The notes under the pieces are model-generated. The model was given only the letters and a program-made list of their open reading frames with translations, had not been told where the DNA came from and ran no database searches. This document shows, one piece after another, positions 26,341 through 41,350 of a stretch of DNA of 64,000 nt. Both the position numbers and the translations under genes were made by a program. The stretch is from Octopus vulgaris (Eukaryota): positions 9,920,001-9,984,000 of the forward strand of contig OX597835.1 in the NCBI GenBank assembly GCA_951406725.2. Direction: 5' to 3'. Position 1 is the stretch's first letter, and each line of letters starts with the position of its first letter.

Positions 26341-26667
26341 ATTGTCTTTGATATATTGCATTCGCTGACGTTGTTGTTGTTGTTGTGGTGGTGGTGGTGG
26401 TGGCGGTGATTGTTATTGTCGTTGTTGTTGTTGTTGCTGTTGATGGTGGAGGTGGTGACGATGATGGAGTTGTCGTTGTCGTTGTTGTTATGGTTGGTGG
26501 TGGTTGTGGTGCTGATGTGGTGGTGGTGCTGGTGATGTTGGTGGTGGTGTTTACCTCCCTCCATATAAGTGGATCTCCCACGAAATTATCGATCAATCGA
26601 TTTGGGTGTAATCCATGAATACACAAAGTCTTCGCCCAGCAAACACACTGACTGAACTCTCACACTT

Positions 26668-27040
26668 GTTGTGATTCGTTGCAGTGCGGCATTCCAGCCA
26701 TGACCAATACGTCCTATCATACATCCAGAAGTATAGAACCTAATGCCCTCTTTCTCCTTTGAAAAGGTAGGATATAATCTGTGAAAAGTTGGCTGCTATT
26801 TCTAACAGGTGGAGCGACTACATGGATACTCGCTTCTTACCTAATAATTGATGTTATGTTCAAATTAAATCTGGTCGTGTAAAGCTGTGCATAAAGGCGC
26901 TTCAACCGTGTCCATCTCGTATAAATATATTGGATTAAATTATAATGTAATTTTCGTAAGATGGTATAGTGTGCTTTGAGGGAGATTTGACTGCTAGTTC
27001 TAGTAGATCAAGTGACTGGGTGGAGGCTCCTTCAATGGCT
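26668..27040 (+). mobile_element. Old dispersed repeat (family F), two adjacent copies
   Basis: GCATTCCAGCCATGACC...TTGGCTGCTATTTCTA motif, also seen near 9900-10020, 17790-17910, 42790-42990, 44330-44480 and 47630. Confidence 0.6.
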
Positions 27041-27099
27041 CAAGAACGCTAGTGGCAGATTCTTATAGTGATTAAAAGCTGACAGTTGGACACAATCCC

Positions 27100-27960
27100 T
27101 ATTTGACAGTTATTGTGATGGTTTCTTTACAATTAACAGGTTTGATGTCCAAGGAGATATTGATTCTGCTGCTATTTAAATGTATATGGATGTTTTTTAT
27201 GTTTGTCTGCACTAAATAAAAGTGTTAATGCTTTTAGTATGATGTAACCAGTATGTTAAGCAGTAAGGGGGATCGTTCCTCTAGTTGTTTGAGAGTTATT
27301 GTAGTTCTTGTAGAGATTGCTTGAGCAATAAACTATAGTGGTTTTGTTGTAATTTTGTTACATTATTTAGTTGTGGTCATTAAGTAATGATCTCTGTGTA
27401 ATAATGCTTCGTTATTTAGGTGCGGTTATTACATGGGTGTGATTCTTACATAGTTATATTTCGTTATTTAGCTGCGATCTGAAGGTGTGATTTCCCTGTA
27501 GATATCTTCATTGTGATTTCTCTACAGTCTATAAAGAGATGAAATAAGCAGGGCTTTTTTTTTTTTACTGAATGTGGCTTTGCTTTCATTTTGTGATATT
27601 TCTTTCGTTTGTATAATTATGGTCATGTGATTAGGAGTTCGATTGGTTCCAGAATGTTTTGAATGCTTCCATAATTATTCTATTGAGTGTAGGTTCTGGG
27701 GTAGAATTGATGATTTTTAGCTAAATTCTATAAACAATGTCGTTTTCTGATAAAAGTGGTTCTTCTAGACTCTTCTGAAGCTCAGCAAAAAATATTTTGT
27801 TTACTGAGTGGGTGTATCATCCTGTAAGCGGTAACATGGTTATAGAAAAGCAGGGGAGCTTGTTTCCGTGTGGTTGTGATAGTTAGATATACAGAACATC
27901 ATGTACTATCTGCAGATGAGTTACTGTGGTTGCCTTGTTAAGAAATACTTGTGTCTGTGT
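27100..27960 (-). mobile_element. Highly decayed non-LTR reverse transcriptase region
   Basis: A/C-rich minus strand with weak remnants (RSII..ND; LLFSADKHK cf. L.LN.DKTK). Confidence 0.4.
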
Positions 27961-28514
27961 GAGAGTTTCAAATGCTTTTGTTGCTGTTGTTATTGTTTTC
28001 ACATGAGTAGTGCTTAGGTTTACTTAACAAACTTTATTCAGAAAACGAAATGTTTGCCTTCTCCAAACTATGTATCTACTGTTACGATATTTATTTTTCT
28101 TTTGTGTTTGTGAGTTTTGCTTTGCTTATTCAATATTTATACAAATATAGTTGCAACAAGAAGCAAACAGATAAAAAATATATTTGCGTAAATTTCCTTT
28201 TAAAAAAAATATTCAATTAAAACATCTTGTTTTAATTGAATACGAGACAAAAGCATATAGAAATATTGATCCAATTTATTATGAAAACAGCTATTAATAT
28301 CCCACGGCACAGAAAGTGTTAATATCTACAGAGGTCAAATCGAACCAAGAAAAAAGAAATGAAATATTTAAGAGTATAAATCAAAATTTACTCAGGGCAA
28401 ATGCAAATCTAATACTTATTGTTCGCAACACAGACAGAAGATCTGAAATATGGAGGAAGGGTAAACCTCTATCGACCAGCAGTGCTTGAGAGGGACTTTA
28501 CATACATGCATATA

Positions 28515-28846
28515 TTAAAGTGAAGCATAATAGGCTCCTGTAATTGTGGTACCCTTTGCCAGGAAACCTGTCATCACTATTCCGTCCTGGTCCCAGAAGA
28601 CTGTGAGCATGACCTTACCAGCGGAGGGCTGCACCCTTGCCTTCTTTGGAGGAGGTGAGTCACGGTGCTTCCACTGCATTGACTGGGCTTTGGGCTCTAG
28701 ATCATAGTGATGGACCCAGGTTTCATCCTGTGTAATCAATCTTTTGAAAAATTTTAACTCATCTTCTTGGCACATCTCCAAATTCATCCTCGAGCACTCA
28801 ACGCGTTCTTGCTTCTGGAAAGGTGTGAGCAACCTGGGAATCCATC
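28515..28846 (-). mobile_element. Mariner transposase fragment (WVP linker and first catalytic Asp)
   Basis: WIPRLLT...ITQDETWVHHY...SAGKVMLTVFWD..G...TITGAYYASL in one open frame. Confidence 0.93.
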
Positions 28847-29204
28847 TATACGTGAGATTTTTCATACAAATTCATGCAAACACACATACATATGAGAGTG
28901 CATATAACTGGGTCGGTATGAGTCAATGTGTGTAAATGAATAGATATTTATATGTATATAATTATAGCTATAGAGAAATGAATTTCAATGATAACATAGT
29001 TGCCGTTACTGGTAGAAATCCTAATAGATGAGTGCGTATATTTACACACGCGCGGGCATATGTATACATGTATACGTACATATATATATATGTGTGTGTG
29101 TGTGTGTGAGTGTGTGCGTGTGTATGTATATGTAGATATATGTATATGTATATACATATGTATATGTATATATATGTATGTATATATATATATATACATA
29201 CATA

Positions 29205-29291
29205 TATTCATATTCCTGAGCGTTATACTAATACATCTGTTTGTTTTGTACACCACCTGTCTTCGTCTTTTTGGGTTTTTTCGTGAAATCT

Positions 29292-29296
<5 letters not shown>
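29205..29296 (+). mobile_element. Partial copy of the 18452-18641 element in (TA)n
   Basis: GAGCGTTATACTAATACATCTGTTTGTTTT is the reverse complement of sequence near 18503-18533. Confidence 0.7.
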
Positions 29297-29334
<38 letters not shown>

Positions 29335-29646
29335 CATATACATATATATACATATACATATATACATATACATATATATACATATATACATATATATACA
29401 TACATACATATACAAAGATTTATATATATATATTAATTGTTAATTGTTATCGCCATATTAATATGGCTTTCTTATAGATATAAGAATAATCGCTGCCGCT
29501 GGTCAGCTCCATGAGGCCACCACCATCAAGATAGCTATTGATACACGATCTGTATCCATTATAACCTTCGAACAAGGGAGGTCAGCCGCTTCACACTGCC
29601 AGTCCGACAGCTACATTTTATAGAGACTTAGTAATTTTAATATTTC

Positions 29647-29718
<72 letters not shown>

Positions 29719-29803
29719 GTATATATATATATATATATACATTTATATTTACATATATATATATACACACACATATATATTTTTCTTTTATATATATACA
29801 TTT

Positions 29804-29874
<71 letters not shown>

Positions 29875-31670
29875 ATGTCTGTCTGTGTGTATTATGTATG
29901 TATATACAAATCTATTTATCAAGTCATGGCCAGGGGTTTATACAAAACTGTGAGAATTTAATGCGACAGTATCTTTAGAGTGGTGTTGTGCTTTGAGTTT
30001 GTGAATGTGTTTTTTCTCGAACCTAACATCTTATTTGATTAAATCCATCTGTTATAGCATTATTATCAAGGTGTAGCCTTGCAAGCAATATCTGCTGTTT
30101 TCAGAGATTATTGCTGTGGTCGATATATGCAGGACGGAACTAAATTGATTATATCGCCTGGCTGAGATTATGTAGTATATTTGTATACAATGGGTATATG
30201 TTACTGCCTTGTAAATACTTGTTTACATAGGTGTGTAAATAGATGACATTTACTGGTTGTGTTATTTCAGCCATTGTCTATTAATTCCATATATCGATGT
30301 ACACATCAACATCTCGAATATTCCACCTTCGACCAGGACACTTATCTTTGCTTGAAAACAATATGGGAGATATTACTGTAAGATAAGGTCTTTCAACAAG
30401 TACTAAATAATATCCATATCCCAATAACTTACTATATCTCTATTCCCGACCTGTACATATCGTGCTTGTCTTATCGATATTTAAAACCAGTTACGAAACT
30501 GTCGTCTGCAAGTTGTTTGATTTCAAACGACAGCCAGGGATTATGTTTTTCCATCATAAATCTTATTTTTATGTCTTTCTACGATAGACCGAGAAACAGT
30601 GACAGCTACAACAACAACAACGACACTTACTGTGCTGGCAGGAACGACCACAACCACAAGAACAATAAACGAAATTGTCTATTGTGTGGTGAAACTACAT
30701 CTTCCGTTCAAATTGACTTTAATAATTGGTGTAGTTACGAGTGAATATCGAAGTAAAATTACAACTGAAATTCTATTGAGGCGTTTGAGCGTTAGAACAA
30801 TGGAATGGAACTTACAAGAAGAGCAACAGTAACAAGTTGTTTGGAAGCAACAAATTGTCTTGGGAATTCTTGTCATTAAAACGACAGTAGGAAGAAAGGA
30901 GAGACGAGAGACGGAGAGTGAGGAGATGGAGGTAAATTGAGGAAGTAAAAGATCAATAACAATTTTATTTGGAACTGCAAACACGACAAAAATACACCGT
31001 CGAAGCGTTACTATCAAAATAACGGACAGTATTCCAAACAAGTCTATTTATAAAAGAGATCATTAAAACATCCCTCACAACAGAATTATTTCGAATGGAT
31101 ACTATGATAAAGAAGATAAAGGAGCGAGAAAAAAAAGACATCTGCTATGAACAACGACTAAAGAAAGTCTTTGGGGAAATGACATAATCTAAACAGCAAC
31201 AGTAACAATAACATGTGCAAGAGGCCCAGCAAGATTCTTTGCGTATCAAAACGAAAGAAAAATGTTGTTTTAAAGTAAAAAATAGCAAAAAATAAACAAA
31301 ACAAGGATGCGTTTAATATTACCAAATACCATTTGGAATATTTTATTATCTTTTTGAGTGAAATAAAATTAAATTTATATATTTTTTTAAATATATACAC
31401 ATTTGAGAAAAACAATTAAACGTGATTCTTATACTAATTGGCTGGAAAGAGTTACTTTTTTAAAACACCAGAAATTCTTTTGTAGCTGTGGATAAATTCT
31501 AACACCAAATGCTTCTATTTAATGTTGCTGCTGTGTTTGGAAGTTTATATTCTTGTACTGTTTTAATAATTCTATAGAAGAGTAGGGAAAGGAAGTGTTT
31601 CACATTTTGCATTATTAGCAAACCGTGTTTTTAGTTGATTTTATGACAATATAACACTGTCACGTATATA

Positions 31671-32100
31671 CGAGGGACGTTCAATAAGTAATGCCTCTGA
31701 CCCACTTGCAGTTGTTTGATCTAGCTGAAAATTTACATGTGCAATTATTTATATCTCTATAGATTAAGTGGCAAATTACAGCTCTGAACTAATTGTGGTT
31801 TCTGATATACAGGTGTTTGAACTGAGTCAAGTGTGAAATGGAGCCTGTTGAGTGTCGAGCAGTGATCCGGTTTTTGTATTTGAAAGGACGCACACCACGG
31901 GAGACTTTTGATGAAATGAAAGTAACTTATGGTGATGATGCCCCATCATATGACCTTGTAAAACGCTGGCATCGTGAATTCAAACATGGTTGGAACTCTG
32001 TGGAAACAGCTCCCAGATCTGGTCGCCCCCCTTCTGCCATTGATGAAGCATCTGTCCGTCAAGTTGAGGCTGCCATTTTGGAAGATCGACGCATAACTAT
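31671..32100 (+). mobile_element. Mariner 5' end: TA, terminal repeat and HTH-encoding N-terminus
   Basis: TA|CGAGGG start; ORF MEPVECRAVIRFLYLKG...YGDDAPSY..VKRW..EFK.G..SVE..PRSGRP...EDRRIT. Confidence 0.93.
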
Positions 32101-32201
32101 ATGAGTTTCTGTGTGAGGTTCTCGTATGTGAGTTTCTGTGTGATTATCGACAAGAATTGGTATTCTAAAAAGATGACACTTTGGCCGTATATGTAGAATT
32201 G

Positions 32202-32485
32202 TGTGAAGGCGCGTGGCTTAGTGGTTAGGGCATTCGGCTCACGTTTGTAAGGTCGTGAGTTCGATTCCAAGCGACGCGTTGTGTCCTTGAGCAAGACATT
32301 TTATTTCATGTTGCTCCAGTCTACTCAGCTGGCAAAAAATGAGTTGTACCTGTATTTCAAAGGGCCGGCCTTGTCACACTGTATGTCACGCTGAATCTCC
32401 CTGAGAACTACGTTAAGGGTACGCGTGTCTGTGGAGTGCTCAGCCACTTGCACGTTAATTTCACGAGCAGGCTGTTCCGTTGATC
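32202..32485 (+). mobile_element. SINE head2 (CORE-like) + tailA, 3'-truncated
   Basis: GTAGAATTGT repeated on both flanks (TSD); GTGTCCTTGAGCAAGAC CORE-like segment. Confidence 0.88.
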
Positions 32486-32934
32486 GTAGAATTGTATAAG
32501 CTGACAGTGTTACCATTGTTGCGTACAATATCTTAAGTGGCATAGATCGGTACTGAATCGGAGGAACACGTCTTCGAGTGAAGAATAAAGCTTGGTGAAG
32601 AGAAAACTAGTTTGACATCAAGTTAAAAAATTTTTAAAGAACAATGACCTAAACAAATAATTAATAAGATTAGGTTTACGAAGAGGCGAATGTGTGTGCG
32701 TATGTGTGTGTATTGCTACAGTATGGCCGTATGGTTAGAGATCGCTTAACAATTACGAGGGACCGTGTTCAATCCCAATGAATGACTTATTAAGTAAATG
32801 TTATATTTTCGGGTCGGCTCATATGTTGTGAGTGGAATTTGACAGATGGAAACTGTACAGAAGCCTATCGCGGTAATTATACACAGCTATGCCATATATA
32901 GATACATACAGAAAGACAAAGAGTCAATCAGACT

Positions 32935-33068
<134 letters not shown>

Positions 33069-33199
33069 AATGGGTGTGTAAACGTATGATGTTGTTACTG
33101 AAACAATTTTTTCACCATTGAAAACTGTATTTTAGAGAAAATGGTGAATCAATTCATAGAATACTAAAATACTTCATTCTTTTCCACGGTTACTGTCGT

Positions 33200-34200
33200 T
33201 CTGAGCCCTTGTCTGCTTCAAAGTCACATTAAGGGTTAACGTGCAGAGTTTTACTAATAATTTGACTTCTAACGTAAACCAATAGGAAGCCTAAATTCAC
33301 AAGTATCAAAGATATTTATAAAAAAGATTCTGGACTTGGAATTAGGCCAGAATTGGTATCAAAAATGTATGGCATTGAATCATAGGATTTTTCACTTATG
33401 TTTAAGCGAATTCTTTCCATTCCGAGAACCATCAGAGTTTCTCAATTATTTTTGTTGGCTCAAAATATCGTAAAAAACATTTTCGGTTGCCCTAGTTTCT
33501 TCATGGCTTAAAGAAAAAAGCTATTTCAAAAAAATTTCTTTGGAGGAGTTTTCCTTATAGTTATCAAATATCAATAGTTCTCAGATGTTGTTCTGAGTCT
33601 CATCTGTTTCTCTCCATTCTCACCATTCAGACGAAAATGCCAAAGTCATGTGTAAAATGTCAAAGAAGTGAAAGAAACTTGAAAATAACGCAAAAAAAAA
33701 AAACATCAAATACAATTATTTCATTTATTATTGAAATTATTAAATTTGACTTCAGCAAAACATAATTTTTGAATTGAATGAAATAATTATCCCCTTTTAA
33801 CGTTACAGATAACGCCAATAGTTCCTGCTTTCCCCATGTATTATCCAAGAATAATAAAAACACAACATTGAATTACAAACGTTGTTTAATTATATATATA
33901 GAAAAAATAATTTCATAATTTTCATCACATTCTTTCTCCTTGTTTACAGATTTCTATTCATTAGCGTAACTATTTTACCAAATGTTTTCTGATTCTTAAG
34001 TAATTCTGTAGAAAAGAATCATCCATTCTGGCTTGTACTTGGAGTCATTTTCAATACAACAATGAATTTTTCGTTTCAAAAGGTTTTCTTCTCTTCTCTA
34101 TTGCAAGCAAAAGATTTTTTCCTAATTGGTTTTCACAAAACATATTCTATCCAATGTTTTTAAAGTTATTTATTTAATATTTTGTACGAAAATATTTACA
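33200..34200 (-). pseudogene. Possible decayed hAT-Charlie transposase
   Basis: Weak remnants only (KQELLAL..TLKGDNYF..FK; LAF). Confidence 0.3.
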
Positions 34201-34690
34201 ACTGCATACAATACGATTTATTTCTAATTACATCTGAAACTAGGCTTTTGTTCTTTACGTTTCAAACATCTCTCTTATAAGTATTATTACAAAATAAGCA
34301 TCAGTTGAACATTGGGTGGTGATCGATACAATCGATTTAACCCCCTCCTCATAAAATTGGTGGCTTGTGCCAGCTGGCAGAACCTATAGCACACTGGACC
34401 ACATACTCTGTAGCAGCTCTTTCGTGTCTTTACGGTTGGAGTTCAACTTCCGCTGTGGTTAGCTTTTCTTTTCATCCTTCTGGGTCGATAGAATAAATAC
34501 CCCTTGAACACTGGTAGTTGTTGTAATCAACTTACCTCCTTCCCGTAAAATTGCTGGCCTTGTGCCAAAAATTGAAACATTTTGAAGAAGACAAAGAAAA
34601 TTCTTTAACACATCTTTAATTATAAGTTACAAATGTTTCCGTACCATTCTCTATTTGCAACGCCAGTTTATGCGAAAATTCAAAATGAAA

Positions 34691-34763
34691 ATTCACATAT
34701 TTTCGGTTTTAGACTTTGGAGAGGCACTTCGTCAGACTTGCATCAAAGTGTGCTATTACATTG

Positions 34764-34826
<63 letters not shown>

Positions 34827-34887
34827 GTGTGTGTGTGTGTGTATTTATATTTACGTATGTATGTATGTATGTATGTATGTATGTATG

Positions 34888-34939
<52 letters not shown>

Positions 34940-34988
34940 CATACATAGATACATACATACATACATACATACATACGTAAATATAAAT

Positions 34989-35059
<71 letters not shown>

Positions 35060-35125
35060 ATAGCACACTTTGATGCAAGTCTGACGAAGTGCCTCTCCAA
35101 AGTCTAAAACCGAAAATATGTGAAT
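34691..35125. repeat. ~435-bp fold-back palindrome centred on (TA)n
   Basis: 71-bp perfect arms 34691-34761/35055-35125 plus mirrored inner microsatellite blocks. Confidence 0.93.
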
Positions 35126-35143
35126 ATATGTGAATATATGTGA

Positions 35144-35918
<775 letters not shown>

Positions 35919-36233
35919 TATATGTATGTATGTACTATTGTGTCTGGGGAGAGTCATTCTGTTTTAATGCACCGGTTCCATTTGCACTCATTCACTTATT
36001 TAAATGCCCGCTGCTTCTTGCAATCTCTTGAGTAGTCGCTGACTCTTGAATAGGTTGCAAATAGCAACGAAACTTTTTGGAAAGAATAAATAAGTGAATG
36101 AGTGGAAATCGAACCGGTGAGTGTGTTAATTAATAATGCATTAATAACAGAACGAGTCTCCCCAGACACAACAAAATATGCTTCAAAACACGTATTCACA
36201 TAAAGTATCTATCAAACCAAATACAAAAACGAA

Positions 36234-36273
<40 letters not shown>

Positions 36274-36572
36274 TGCAAAATCATAAAATATTAGAGACTA
36301 AGTCGGGCTTTTTCAGACTCTTTTATGCCTTCTACAACATATGAAATATTATCCGGAATTTTTGAAATGAGGGCAACGGGACGATTCATATATTTCTCTG
36401 TGGTATTAGCAGTTTAGTGGGGTGAATCGCACTCAGCTATATAAAATGAAACTGGCTTAAATACATGGGTATGTTTTGATACATTAGACTAGATATTAAC
36501 GTGACAGGAAAGATTACGTTGCTTTAAACTACACTCAATATTTATTGCCGATTGCATCATAAGTATCCAAGT

Positions 36573-36970
36573 GGCCCAGTGGTTAGGGCAGCGGACTCGC
36601 GGTCATAGGATCGCGGTTTCGATTCCCAGATCGGGCGTTGTGAGTGTTTATTGAGCGAAAACACCTAAAGCTCCACGAGGCTCTGGCAAGGGATGGTGGT
36701 GATCCTTGCTGTACTCTTTCACCACAACTTTCTCTCACTCTTACTTCCTTTTCTGTTGTACCTGTATTTCAAAGGGCCGGCCTTGTCACTCTCTGTGTCA
36801 CGCTAAATATCCCCGAGAACTACGTTAAGGGTACACGTGTCTGTGGAGTGCTCAGCCACTTACACGTTAATTTCACGAGCAGGCTGTTCCGTTGATTCGG
36901 ATCAACCGGAACCCTCATCGTCGTAACCGACGGAGTGCTTCCATTCCATTCCATTCCATTCCATTCCATC
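36573..36970 (+). mobile_element. SINE family A with (TTCCA)n tail
   Basis: Homology to the other family A copies. Confidence 0.9.
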
Positions 36971-37814
36971 CAAGTATAGAACTAATTTACCCTCGCAGGG
37001 TTTGTAATTGTGTCCTGAAATGCTGAAAAGATACGTTTAAGACTTTTGACCAGATATTAGCGAGAGGGCAAGTGTAGGGTTGCTTTACACTGTACTGAAA
37101 TTACGTTGCTGCTTCTTTCTAAAATATCCTAAAACTAATATGCTCTCACTGGATAATTACAATTATTCACTCTTCGATAATGAATGCAAAATACAGGAAT
37201 GGTTTTATTGGAATCGTTTCTGTATTTCATTTTAGTTTTTATTCATTTGCTTTCTATGACTTCAGTAGAAACAAAATAATGTTCGAAACCATTTATCTCT
37301 TGAAGAGACAATTCTGCATAAATTCTTTGTTTTTGATTTTTTTTTAAATTTAATTTTTTGCATCAGCTATTTTTTAATTGAATTTACTCATTAAAATTAA
37401 AAGTACGGTTGTCTTGAAAACAAGAACACCGTATGCTAATAATAATAACATTGTTTTTATTGCCTGTTTCATGAAAAAAAAGGCTGCTTTTAGTGCTGAC
37501 CAAACCCAAAGTGAATACAAATTAGAGTTAATCTATTTCGTTTACACAACATAATCCTTGTTGCTTTCCAAAATTATTGTCTCGATTTAGATCAATTACT
37601 TGATATACCGAATATCGATTAATTATGTTTTACATCAGCTTAATGTTTTGCCAAAATGTGTCTCATTGGATTTCCCTTCTAATCATGTAATTACATATAC
37701 AATTAGCAATTTGGTTCTTTTTTTTTTTGTTTTTAGGAAACAAGAATGGACAGAATTATGTTTAGTTTTACAGAATTTGAATAATTTTAAATCTTAATGA
37801 GTAAATGATATTTT

Positions 37815-38640
37815 GGCGGCGAGCCGGAAGAATCGTTAGCACGCCAGGCAAGATGCTTAGCGGTATTTTGCCCGTCGCTACGTTCTAAGTTCAAATTCCG
37901 CCGGGGTCGACTTCAACTTTCATCCTTTCGGGGTCGACAAATTAAGTACCAGCGAAACACTGGGATCAATGTAATTGACTACCCGCTTCCACAAATTTTA
38001 TGCCTTGTGCCCATAGTAGAAAGGATTATTATTAAGGCGGTGAGCTGGCGCAATCGTTAGCATACCGGGCCAAATACTGAGAAGCATTTCGTCAGTCTTT
38101 ACGTTTTGAGTTCAAATTCCACCGAGGTCGACATTACCTTTCCTCCTTTGGGTGTCGATAAAATACACATTAAAATTCCTCCAGTGTAAAAGTGTGTGAG
38201 AGACAGCTTCAACAACATATCTCTTCATATATTTTATTTATTTGTTAAATTCAGAGACTGATAAATGTTTCTTTTCGTGAGACACGACTTTAGATTTAAA
38301 ATGTCAAATAAATGAGTGACTTTTAACTTTCGTGTCTTTGTCTTTACAGATAAAAGTAACACAATTGAATTGAAAGATCTCCAGAGTAATCGACTTAACC
38401 CCTCCCTTGCAATAGCTGACCTTCTGGCAAAACTTGAAACTGTTATTATTATTTTAGGAAAGACAACGAGATGGCAGACTTCTTAATAAACCGCATAAAA
38501 TGCTTAGTGGCATTTCCTCTGTCTTTAAATTCTGAGTTCAAATTTCGCCGAGGTTGTCTTTACCTTTCATCCTTTCGGAATCGATAAAATAAGTACAAGT
38601 TGAGTTCTGGGGTCGATGTAATTGATTTAGCCCCACCCCG
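37815..38640 (+). mobile_element. Cluster of three family C SINEs, the middle one interrupted
   Basis: Heads at about 37815, 38036 and 38460; foreign 222-bp insert at 38165-38386. Confidence 0.82.
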
Positions 38641-39240
38641 AACAAATCGGCCTCTTTGTAATCCCGGTACTTACTCTATCAGTGTCTTTTGCCATGCTGA
38701 AACACCACTTTTAGTAGTCGAACAAATCGACCCCTTTGAAAGCCTACTACTTATTCTATCGGTCTCTTTGCCGAACCGCTGAGTTACGGGGATGTAAACA
38801 CACCAACATATATGTATATGAGTATGTATGTGGGTCTCTGCCCCCCCCCACCATCGCTTGACAGCCGATGTTGGTGTGTGTTTACGTCCCCGTCACTTAG
38901 CGGTTTGGCAAAAGACATCGATAGAATAAGTACTAGTATTACAAAGAGGTCGATTTGTTCGACAAAAAGGCGGTGCTCCAGCATGGCCACAGTCAAATGA
39001 CTGAAACAAGTAAACAAAATATAGAAAAATATATACATATATACATATATACACATATGTGTGTGCGTGTGTGTGTGTGTGTATACGATGAGCTTCTTTC
39101 AGTTTCCATCTACCAAATCCACTCACAAGGCTTTGGTCACCCCGAAGCCATAATAGAAGACACTTGCCCAAGGTGCTACGCAGTGGAACTGAACCCGGAA
39201 CCATGTGGCTGAGAAGCAAGCTTCTTACCACACAGCCACA
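38640..39240. mobile_element. Rearranged family B SINE pieces in both orientations
   Basis: Minus-strand 3' part, plus-strand 3' part (38835-39015), minus-strand head (39085-39240). Confidence 0.8.
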
Positions 39241-39361
39241 CACACACACACACACACATACATACACACGCTCATAGAGTTTGTATTTTACACCCCCTCC
39301 TCGCCGCTTTGTAACCACTTCTGGTGCCGCATTGAATGACTAAAACACATACAAGATAAGT

Positions 39362-39394
39362 TCTTCTTATTCTTATTCTTATTATTATTGTTAC

Positions 39395-39428
<34 letters not shown>

Positions 39429-39609
39429 GTTATTGTTATTGTTACTGTTATTATTATTATTATTATTATTGTTATTGTTATTGTTACTGTTATTATTATT
39501 ATTATTATTATTATTGTTATTGTTATTGTTACTGTTATTATTATTATTATTATTATTATTGTTATTGTTATTGTTATTGTTATTGTTATTATTATTATTA
39601 TTATTATTA

Positions 39610-39644
<35 letters not shown>

Positions 39645-39669
39645 GTTATTATTATTATTATTATTATTA

Positions 39670-39737
<68 letters not shown>

Positions 39738-39755
39738 GTTGTTGTTGTTGCTATT
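39362..39755. repeat. (TTA)n/(TTG)n compound tract
   Basis: Direct inspection. Confidence 0.95.
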
Positions 39756-40209
39756 ATTCGTCTATTTAAACGACTAATCTTTGATAAATGAAATCATATA
39801 ATTATATTTATGAAGCGTATACACGTCAACAATTGCTGGTGTAACTTTTAATTCCGCCATTATCAAAGAGCCACAGTGAAACATAATATGCTAGCAGCTC
39901 ATCACGTGGTCTCGTTAATTTGACCATAAATCTGAAACATTATTTACACACTAAGTTAATCGATAATCTCAGCATTCTAGTGGTGTTTCTAGCATTGATT
40001 ATTGTTTCGACAAATAACTTCAAAGACTTTTTTGATAACGAGGAATATACTAGACAGACTGGATCAGGTGACTTCATTGGTTCATTCTACGACACAGCCA
40101 TTTTTTTTTGCGGTGTAAGTTAATGGTTTAGGCCATCAGGTGGTTCTGTATTCTGAAGATCCTCCCCTGTTATTTCTCTGTTTCGAAACCACTTACCAGT
40201 GCATTAAAT

Positions 40210-40541
40210 CTAAAAAAAAAAGACTCCGCCGGTTACGACGACGAGGGTCCCAGCTGATACGATCAACGGAACAGCTTGCTCGTGAAATTAACGTGCAAAT
40301 GGCTGAGCATTCCACAGACACGTGTACCCTTAACGTAGTTCTCGGGGATAATCAGCGTGACACAGAGAGTGACAAGGCTGACCCTTTGAAATACAAGTAC
40401 AACTCATTTTTGCCAGCTGAGTGGACTGGAGCAACGTGAAATAAAGTGTCTTGCTCAAGGACACAACGCGTCACCGGGAATCGAACTCACAACCTTACGA
40501 TCATGAGCCGAATGCCCTAACCACTAAGCCACGCGCTCTCA
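40210..40541 (-). mobile_element. SINE head2 + tailA
   Basis: TSD CAGTGCATTAAAT at 40197-40209/40542-40554. Confidence 0.9.
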
Positions 40542-41129
40542 CAGTGCATTAAATAATCGTTCATTAACTATACCATCAAAATCGACCGGCGACGTTTCAG
40601 TTTTCATTGTTGGCTCATGACGAGAAACAATTATCTTCCTTCTATTTCATTCTAGGGAATCCGAAGATAATCACCAACCATGAGATTTTGTATCCCAGAA
40701 AATACATGATTTTCGCATTTCTTTATCATATGGAAACTTCTCCTATGAGATACAACATGGATCAGTCCTCAAAGCTGGTAAAACAATTTACCCATGCGTA
40801 CAGATATTTCATTTCATTGAGAAATTCTGAGTTGCTTCATTAGTTTGCAGTTCTTAACTCAGAGATATCCATAGATAGAGCCTAGTAAGGAATGGTTTTC
40901 TCCTGGTCACTAAATTCAAGACATACTTCTTAGAAAGAAACACGCCTGTTCCAAAGATATTAGGCGCAACGAGACATATTATATAACAGTCAGAACAAAG
41001 AAGTGATGTGTACTTAATGTTGTAAGCAGTGGGAAAATTGTTAACTAACGAGAGAATTGTTCTATAACTGACACTGTTATACTGAAATTCTCAGGACATC
41101 AAGGCTTGCAATAGCCTTGCAACTCAGTA

Positions 41130-41350
41130 AAGCGGAGAGCTAACTGAATCGTTAGCACGCCGGAAAAAATGCTTAGTTGCATTTTGTCCGTCTTTACGTT
41201 TCCAGTTCAAATTCCACTGAGGTCGAATTTGCCTTTTAACCTTTCGGGATCGATAAAATAAATACCAGTTGAATCATTGAGGTCGCAGCAATCGATTTAA
41301 CCCCTCCCCTCGAAAATTCTGGTCTTGTACCGAAATTTGAAATCAATATT
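41130..41350 (+). mobile_element. SINE family C, diverged
   Basis: GAATCGTTAGCACGCCGG...GTTCAAATTCC motifs. Confidence 0.8.

Noticed and set aside
29430-29650. (TA)n-embedded island with palindrome GCCATATTAATATGGC after GAAA
   Set aside because: No valid CUGANGA core or UH triplet; possibly a related element but unsupported
30466-31260. Unique purine-rich stretch as an exon or UTR
   Set aside because: Short ORFs with no recognisable homology or clear splice signals
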